Shown: piece by piece, positions 55,487 to 64,000 of the stretch
Position numbering within the stretch: the first letter of the stretch is position 1
Layout of the letters: each line of letters opens with the position of its first letter
Origin: Octopus vulgaris
Taxonomy: Eukaryota
Direction: 5' to 3'
Assembly (NCBI GenBank): GCA_951406725.2
Contig: OX597822.1
Span: forward strand, 111,414,001 to 111,478,000
Length of the DNA stretch: 64,000 nucleotides
Translations under genes and position numbers: made by a program
Notes under the pieces: model-generated
Seen by the model: the letters and a program-made list of their open reading frames with translations, nothing else
What the model was told of the DNA's origin: nothing
Database searches by the model: none

Positions 55487-56029
55487 GGGAGGGCAAATTT
55501 TCATTATCTCCACGTGGCTGGTTGTAATGCAAAACATATATTTATATTAAATAAAAGAAGGAAAATGCATACAGTTTACGTAGTTTTAATATTTTTTTTA
55601 ATATATTTCATAAGTGAAAAAGTATTGTATTTACCAACTGGTTTCGCTAATCATAACATTGTAATTATTGTAATTTCGTATTTTCTTAAAATTTTAGTCC
55701 ATGTTCTGTATGGAAGCTTGTGAATGGAATGTTTCAGCATGTAGAAAAATCTAAGGTGAGGTAATTGGTGAACGTTATTATTCCTGACAGGGGAGGTAAT
55801 TGCTCATATATTGTGGAGGGGATAAATAAATATGCAAAAACGCAAAAGCTAAAATAGTGAGATGAAGTATTTACAGTGATAGTTATGTAAGTTGGTTACG
55901 CGTTCATATTTAGGCTTGTTCTGTAGTATTCGATAAATGTATTGTTTTACTTAAACGTTCTTGTACAGAAATTGTTTCTTTGTACTTGTAGATGGGTAAA
56001 ACCGTTATATTTGGTTGGACCATATCCTA

Positions 56030-58120
56030 AATTTTCCAAATACTTTCCATGAGCGAAAAGTTAATTCAAATCTCAGCAGTTTTGAATGAAAAAATCTAAT
56101 TGAACTACAAAACCATGAAGAATCGACTATTAAAGAAGCACACAAAGGAAGATCTGTAGTTCTGATGGACACAGAATACTACAAAAACCTAGAATTATCC
56201 ATGCTGAAAAACGACACCTTCTTCGAAAAGGCTGTGGACCATAAACAACGAAAAACAAAGAAAAAATCTTGCATCCTTATTTCATCTATATTGAAAAAGA
56301 CCCGACAGAAAAAGAAATATATTGTATCAGGAATTTTAAATGTAAACCTATTTTTTACGGCCTACCTAAAATACACAGGAGCAAGATAGTTACTGATGTC
56401 CGCAAACAATCACCCAGCAAGTACATAAATATCCCAGCGCCGGAAGATTTAAAGTTAAGACACATTATATCTGGCCCAGCCTGTGAAACCCACCACCTAA
56501 GAAATTTTCTAGACATCCTATTGAATCCGTTGCAGAAATACATCAAAAATTTCATTAAAGACAATTTAGATATGCTTCAACACTTACCAAAACAATTAAT
56601 GAAAAGACATTATTTGTTTCCTTCAATGTCATTAATCTCTACATCAATACCCCGCATGGAATAGAAACAATAAAATTCTGGCTGGAAAAGTTTGCCGAAG
56701 AAATTCCGGAACGCATAAACCAGATTTTCATCATTGAAACTTTAAAATTTATACTTCAGAAAAATGATCTCCTATTTGATGACAACTACTATCGTCAAAA
56801 ATGCGGAATTGTGATAGGAACGAAAGCAGCCCCTGTTCTTGTGGACCTAATAATGGTATATTTGGAATTCACGATATATGAAGTGTCACTACAAAAGTAT
56901 GGACATCCGTTTCACCAGAATATAAGAAAAAGCTGGAGAAGATATCTGGATGACATCTTTACCCTTTGGAATGAGACCATTGATATACTTTTGGAATTTA
57001 AATCAATACTGAATAATATAACCTTAATATTCAATTTACAATGCAATCTCCATTTCTTAAATATTATGACAAACAAGTCACCAACCAAATTGTAACTGAC
57101 ATTTAACATAAAAAAACGGACTCGAAACAATATCTTCTTTTTAGCTCATGCCACCCGAAACACATCAAAACAAATACTCCCTTTAATTCTCTTTAATTTT
57201 GCAAAAAGGATTTGCACAATAGTGCCTGATGGATATACTCAGGAACTCTGTCTTCAGGACCTCAGAACAACACTTACTGAGAAACAATATCCACACAAAC
57301 TTATAGATGGAGTTAAGCATGCCAGGAAATTAGGCGTTAAAACACGAAGGGAAGCAAAACGTAACACCACTCTAGATCTCAAAACCCTACCGTATATATC
57401 AACTCACAACCCTAGAAACAATAAGGTATACGGCACTATTGTACAAAATCTCTCTATCCTCGCTAGGGATCCAAAAATGAGCAGCATTCTGAAAACACAT
57501 AAAAGCCTCAAATGCAAAATGTAACACAAATCGCTGAAAAGACTTCTGAGAGATGCGGAGATTTACACAACAACCACGAAACGAATGGTTAAGAAATGTA
57601 AAAACCCAAACCGTGGAGCATGCCCCAACCTGTTGGAAGGCTCGGAATTCCTATTCAAACCAGGAGAGAGGTTCACAATTAAGACCAACTTGTGCATCTG
57701 AGTATCTAATCTTTATATATAAAAGGGAGGTTGTGTGCTGTCTGTCTCCTACGATTTAGATTCCTAACTACTCCCACATTTTACGGTGCAGTTTAACCAA
57801 AACCGGGTATCTTATAGTCGTGATTCATATCGAGCCCTTCTGGGTATTAGCGCGCGTCTACGATGAGTCTACGATTTTTAAAAAAATTACCATCAATTTA
57901 CCCATTTTAATGCACTTTTGGCATATATAAGGGAAGTAACTCTCTAAAAATTTATTATTAAATCTCAGAACGTAAAAACGCTACAGTAACACCCCCCCCT
58001 TGTGGTTAGCCATATTGAGATGGCTATTATACTTTACATCTCTAAAAATGCTTATATAGTTATTTCCCTTACAAACCCGAGCAACGCCGGGCGATACTGC
58101 TAGTTTATGTTATAACTTAA
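56030..58120 (+). mobile_element. Penelope-like element (RT + start of GIY-YIG), decayed
   Basis: AHKGRSVVLMD (DKG motif), FYGLPKIH, LRHIISG, GIVIGTKAAP, WRRYLDDIF, SCHPKH, CKNPNRGAC knuckle, and EYLIYVIT once the Helitron is removed. Confidence 0.9.
57710..58103 (+). mobile_element. Non-autonomous Helitron copy 2
   Basis: A|TCTTTATATATAAAAG...CCCGAGCAACGCCGGG..CTAG|T, no TSD. Confidence 0.9.
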
Positions 58121-58396
58121 AGTTTGTATATATTAGTAACTCATAGCTGCGTTCCCAAGTTAACATATAGGAACATATATAAATAAATATAACTGTCTGG
58201 GCAACAAATTTTTATCTCTTTAGTAAATCAAACGATTAAGGTTTTGAAAATTCTAGTTGCTTATGGTTGCGTTCAGCAAGTGTTCTATACGAACGTACCA
58301 AAATACATGTAGCGTTCTACACTGGTCGCAGTTCATGTGGTTTAAAATTCGGGGGTGGCGGTTAATCCGAGTTGTCGGAATTACGGGTTGAATGGG

Positions 58397-61300
58397 TTAG
58401 GTATCGTCCGCGCTATATTGTACGAACAGGTGTTTGGCTATATCTTTGCATCAGGGTAGTCGTTCAGCAAATCTATTTATAAACCGCTCTTTTATCAACA
58501 ACTAGCAGTATCGCCCGGCGTTGCTCGGGTTTGTAAGGGAAATAACTATATAAGCATTTTTAGAGAGTTACTTCCCTTATAGATGCACAGCTTCACGAGG
58601 GAGGGTCGTTGTTCTAAGAAGGGGGAGAAGCAAACAGGTGCAGGTGTGACCATGGACGCCAACTCCGCCGCCATCGACATACGAAAAATTATGCATTAAA
58701 ATGGAATAAAAAATGATGTTAAATTATTTTTTAAATCGTAGACTCATCGTAGACGCGCGCTAATACTCAGACGGGCTCGATATGAATCACGACTATAAGA
58801 TACCTGAATTTGGTTAAACTGCACCGCAAAATGTGGGAGTAGTTAGGAATCTAAATCGAAGGGGACAGACACTCACACAACTACAGTTTTATATATATAG
58901 AAGATATTGTCAGCGATTCCTCTGAACATAGCTGGTCTTTCAGGGACAGTGTATTGTAGAGATTAATTATTGACCATGTCATGTTGTATTTCACTTTCTC
59001 TTCTGTAAGTCGCCAGAAGAATTCGGCCAGTGATCTTGCGTGCCGTTTAAGGATTTTTCGAAAGCTTGCGATGTCGTTTCTATATCTATTTTTGAAGATA
59101 TCAGCAGGTGTACCGATATATACGTAGGGACCTCCTCTAGTATTTACGGTGCACTTGTACACGATATTTCTGGTGTTGTATTGGTAACCCAGGCGACATT
59201 TCGAACGGTCCCTGCATGAGGATAGATTGTCAGTTTTTTTTTGTTTGCGTGTGAACAGCCGGCAACTCTACGGTCGGTTCTATTTACATTCATGCTCTTA
59301 GCTACACTATTATTATTTTTATTGTTTATGGATGTGTTTGTGTTGTTTGAGTTGTTGTGGCTATCAGATGTTAGTTGGTTAGTAAAGCTGTTGTAGTTGT
59401 TTTTCCCTGTTGGTTAGTGTTACAGTCATTGTTACTTTTATGCGTTATGTGGATGGTATTTGCAGAGTCACTGGAGTAAGGTATCTTCATCAATTTTTGA
59501 GGTCCTATTTTCGATGCATCCTGCACGTGCCTTTGTTTTTCGTTGTTAATTCTATGAATGTCGTGCTCCATATTCGATGAATTCGCATACTATATTTTTA
59601 CAGTGTCCTGGTCGAACAACTGGCTGTACATGCTGTTTTTAGGGAAGCAACGATCGATGGCATCGAAGAACTGTTTCCCGATACTGAATGATATATTCGA
59701 ACCCCAGATCTTGTACCAGAAGAGGAGCTCATGCTTCTTTTACCTATTATTAGGTCCATTGTTTTCGGGCGTATGAGATGGTCTTGAAATTTTGTGGTAC
59801 CCTGTGTTTAGTTGGGATGGTGTGTTGTCCGTTGCTATGTTTCTCTATCCTATTACTGGTTCTCATGTATCTATTTGTGATTGCCTTACTTTTTGTGGTT
59901 TGAGATATCTTTATGCAACTTTTGAACGTTTTATGTGTGGTTAATGTGTTTGGTGGTGTTATTCCCGGATCCGTATGTGTTATTGCTATAATTATTCTTG
60001 CTACTACTTGCTGAGCTATTTGGGTAAATACTACCGTTTCTACTACTACTACTACTACTACTACTACCCGCGTATTTGATTTTCGCACGATAGCTGGCTG
60101 AGGCAAGAGCTGCGTTATAATAGCCAGCGCGTTTATTGAATATATCTTCGTTGGCGCATAATCCGGATATTCTGGCCGAAATGTTCTTAACTAGTCCCCT
60201 AATGATTGATGATGGATGAATTGATCCAACGTTTATGTATTTTAGGCTCTTATTTGGTTTATGAAATAGGTCATAAAATCCAGTATTTAAATTGAAAGTA
60301 GCGTCTATGGTTACTGAGATTCCGATATTTAAAAATTAAATTAAGATCTTTTATGTTTTTCACGCTCTACCTTATTACATCTGTTTATAAAGAATAACGC
60401 GTCATCTCTTTATAGACCTCCACAGATTCTGAGAAGAAAGGACTAGATCGGTGACTTCTGAGGAGTCCGAGGATCCCATACTAATATCGAACGCGTCTAT
60501 TCTATCGGACCCGTTCCACAGCTTACCATCAAATTCTACCAGGGTTCCGCGTGCCACAAATATTACATCGATTTCGTATCTAGAAATCCTGGATTATTTT
60601 AAAAGTAAGTTAATGCCTTATGTAAGAGAATAGGGTTAATATCCCTCGATGTCAAGTTGAATGAATTTATTGTGTTTATTTATTTGGAGTTGGTTGAGTA
60701 GGCCGATTACGTCCTGTGTGTCTGACCACAGTGTTAGGGTGCTTTTAGATCTTAGTTTTGGCATTATTCTATCTATTAATCATCAGAGTCCGATTTCGAA
60801 GGCAAGATTAGACTAACTGATGGGGCACTAAACTAATTCGGTTTATGGTCTTGCAGCTATATCAGGGGTTCCTTGGTGCATAAGGTTCAGTCCTTTAGTG
60901 TATATCTAGGTGGTTCACTATTATTAATCCCCTTCTGTTGATTGTATTTAGTGTATCAGCGTGTGCATGTCTATATTTACCACATGGTTCCTTACGTATT
61001 AAATTCTTATAAAGATCAAAACCAACAATGTGAATATTACCGGTTTTATCCGCCGGTACATGTGTTCCCGGGGCCTTCTTAAACTCACCAAGTAGCTTCT
61101 TTAGTTTTTGTTGGTGCGGTTCCTTCTGTGTTTTTATTTTCTAAATTATACATTTCTGACGATGTTGTATAGCTCTTCTTTGAATCTTGTGATGCGCTTA
61201 TTGGTCGGTGGGTTATTCAATGATTTAAATTCCCGTTTAAGTGCGTTGTGTGGTTCGGACTTGTTCGATTGCTCATCATTTTTCTCAAAAAAGAGAAAGC

Positions 61301-61440
61301 TTTCCATCGCATTCTGCGAATGAATCGGCTGGTCGTCACAAGGAGTGACCTCATGTATTCTTTTCTGCTCGGTATAGATATGCTTTTGAATGAGACGTTC
61401 AATACGACTTTTTCTATCTTCCTAGCACATTAATCAATAG
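58397..61440 (-). mobile_element. Penelope-like element, Naiad-like, decayed
   Basis: VPADKTGN, FIQLDIEGY, FDISMGSSDSSEVTDLV, GL*RDDAL, IDRCFPK..LFDQDTVKI, SCRDRSKCRLG knuckle, NIVYKCTV..VYIG..FKNRYRN (GIY-YIG), C-terminal INRFAERLP*CK. Confidence 0.85.
58502..58904 (-). mobile_element. Non-autonomous Helitron copy 3 (variant interior)
   Basis: Same termini on the minus strand, A|TC...CTAG|T; different ~100-bp internal segment. Confidence 0.88.
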
Positions 61441-61686
61441 CACCTTCCTCGGTAACACGGATGATGGTTTAGATATTTAATATTTTTGGACTAATGTGTA
61501 TATGTGGATTAGAGTGTTGAAGTGTTGAATAGAGCACTGACACAGTTTTGTCTATCGAGTGTCATCCGCCGTCGGGGTATATTGTCTTTGGATCTACTTC
61601 AGGAATTCTGCAGAGTTAGTTGAGAAAATTAATAATAATAATAATTTCTTAAGTAACGTGAAGATGGATTTGGTATTAATCTTTCC

Positions 61687-61725
<39 letters not shown>

Positions 61726-61752
61726 GTGCGTGTGTGTGTGTGTGTGTGTGTG

Positions 61753-62018
61753 TGGAGGCGCAATGGCCCAGTGGTTAGGGCAGCGGACTCGCGGTCGGAG
61801 GATCGCGGTTTCGATCCCCAGACCGGGCGTTGTGTGTGTTTATTGAGCGAAAACACTTAAAAGCTCCACGAGGCTCCGGCAGGGGGTGGTGGTCCCTGCT
61901 GTACTCTTTCATCACTCTTTCTCCCACTCTTTCTTCTGTTGGCCTGCTCGCTTAGCCAGTGGGGTGGCGTCATTCAAAAGGCTAAAACAACATCTGATGG
62001 TCTGGTCGGTCACGTGAT

Positions 62019-62025
<7 letters not shown>
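61753..62025 (+). mobile_element. tRNA-derived SINE with B2 head and a different tail
   Basis: First ~185 bp match 27893-28080; 3' part (GGCCTGCTCGCTTAGCC..CACGTGATCACGTGA) unrelated. Confidence 0.85.
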
Positions 62026-62082
<57 letters not shown>

Positions 62083-62595
62083 ATATGCGTGGCTGTATAA
62101 ATTTGCATGAGTGAGTATTTATTGGTGCCAACCTACACCCACAAACTTATAGATATACACCAACATGCACAAACACGCATATAGCTCATCTGAATATGAG
62201 GAAAATAATAGCTAAATACGTGTAATAGTGATTATTTCATTACTCTACATTCTTATACGCGGAGTCACGGTGTCGCATTCACAGGCAGAGGCACACATGC
62301 ACACACTTAATATATTTATATAACTATATCTGGCGGTCTGCGCTCTGGAAATAGGATTTTCTCTTTCAGATTAAATGCATAAGAGTGATTTGAGTGAGAG
62401 ACGCTGCAGGTACCATTGTTGGAAAGTAATTTGGTTCCTGCTATGTCTGTCCATTTCGCTTACATTACTGATAACATCTCCTTTTATAAACAAAACGATT
62501 CCTTTGATTATTGTCCTTTTTAACTAACAAAATATCCCATTACTTTCGCAAATTCGTCTTTTATGATGATGATGATGATGATGACGACGATGATG

Positions 62596-62663
62596 ATATA
62601 TATATATATATTTCTGTTTATATTTATGTATATATTTTTATCTATGTATGTTTGTATATGCAT

Positions 62664-62713
<50 letters not shown>

Positions 62714-62842
62714 TTCTGTCTATATTTATGTATATATTTTTATTTATGTATGTTTATATATACATACATACACACACACATATATATATATTTCTGTCTA
62801 TATTTATGTATATATTTTTATCTATGTATGTTTATATATACA

Positions 62843-62931
<89 letters not shown>

Positions 62932-63040
62932 TATACATGTATATGTGTGTGTGTATGTATATGTTTGTATGTTTGTATATACATACATACATATATACAT
63001 ATATAATATATATATATATGTATATATGTATATATATATC
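62596..63040. repeat. Minisatellite of three ~80-100-bp units built from TA/TACA/CA microsatellites
   Basis: TATTTCTGT(T/C)TATATTTATGTATATATTTTTAT recurs at ~62609, ~62711 and ~62789. Confidence 0.85.
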
Positions 63041-64000
63041 CGCGCGCACGCACTCACGCACACGGATATATACACAACATTAAATCGACATTTATATTTC
63101 CATATTGGACTTCTTTTGTTCATTATATTAAAAATATTTTCGCTTCAGCTATTAATATTCCATCATCCATCTATGTTCAGGTATTTCATTCAATGTTGTC
63201 TGCGCATAGACATAACACGTATGGAGTCCGAACAATTTCAATGTCACCGGAGTTAAGTATTGTTACGAAGAAAGGCATCTTGCTGCGAATATGGGAAATT
63301 AAAGTAGATAACATGTATATAATGATAGGATTTGAAATTGGATTTGCTATGTCTGGGTTAAAAGCATTGTTTTAGCAATACAAATAGTGGCCGATTTAAA
63401 GAAACGGTATGTGACGTGATGAAAAAAATGTGGAACTTACAAACGCAGTGTACGCAAGCATGCATCAGATGTATTGCAATTAAGAGCAGTGTGAGCATGA
63501 ACGAAGTTCTTTCATTTTTTAAACACGATAACACGTCATTGGATGTATGTGGTATTCATTTGAACTATCTATAGCAACAATTAATCATACAGAATATCGA
63601 TTCTTCATTGATGACTAACAGACATACTGGAGATATTAGATCTTCGAAGTGTAACGTTGTTGCTGTTAATTTTATGGTATCTTAACAAACTGTGGAATGG
63701 TGTGTAAGTTCGCGTAACCTATAAGAGATATAGAATCGGCTTTCCCACTACAAATCAACTACAGTCACTAGTGTTGCTAGTGCAAGTACTATCGTTGTTG
63801 TTACTAGTAATACGTGTGTTTTGTTGCTCCTGCTTCTAGTACTACAGCTATTGTTGTTGCTGCTGCTGCTGCTACTACTACTATTACTACTACTACTACT
63901 ACTACTATGGAAACCTGGAGACTACTACTAAAATGGAAACCTGGAGACTAGAGATATTAAAAGTAATTAAAACATTGCAAATTCGCAACAGAGTAGTAGT

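Noticed and set aside
58290-58340. Possible SECIS hairpin downstream of the Naiad-like ORF, and TGA near its C-terminus
   Set aside because: AUGA is present but has no opposing GA quartet; the TGA precedes rather than replaces Cys and is likely CGA decay
61530-61620. Hammerhead at the 5' end of the Naiad-like element
   Set aside because: Only CACU/AGUG and GUC remain; both core boxes are too degenerate
63907-63950. 18-bp direct repeat ATGGAAACCTGGAGACTA
   Set aside because: Simple slippage duplication next to a (CTA)n tract

Overview
Eukaryotic, very AT-rich, microsatellite-dense, repeat-dominated window with no confidently identifiable host gene. The SINE families, (TA)n/(AAT)n/(TATG)n arrays and TE complement are what I associate with a coleoid cephalopod genome, most likely Octopus (recognition from memory, not a database result). 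Almost all ORFs in the supplied track are microsatellite artefacts. The real coding signal is transposable: (1) a 5'-truncated but uninterrupted R4/Dong-type RT+RLE LINE in (AAT)n, with near-identical short 3' copies and several older relatives; (2) RTE, Tx1/L1 and CR1-type LINE fragments; (3) two convergent decayed Penelope-like elements, one Naiad-like; (4) two mariners, a Tc1 and a MULE; (5) three non-autonomous Helitrons; (6) about 20 tRNA-derived SINEs. The most interesting hidden layer is catalytic RNA: four complete and one truncated minimal hammerhead-ribozyme motifs with non-canonical cores, several in short modules embedded in (TA)n, plus a decayed HDV-like ribozyme fold at the 5' end of an RTE-derived non-autonomous element. 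Also notable are retroelement classes partitioned among different microsatellites, two locally templated insertions, a Helitron with an apparent 12-bp duplication, and an unexplained CpG-rich hairpin/Arg-rich ORF. Boundaries of decayed elements are approximate.
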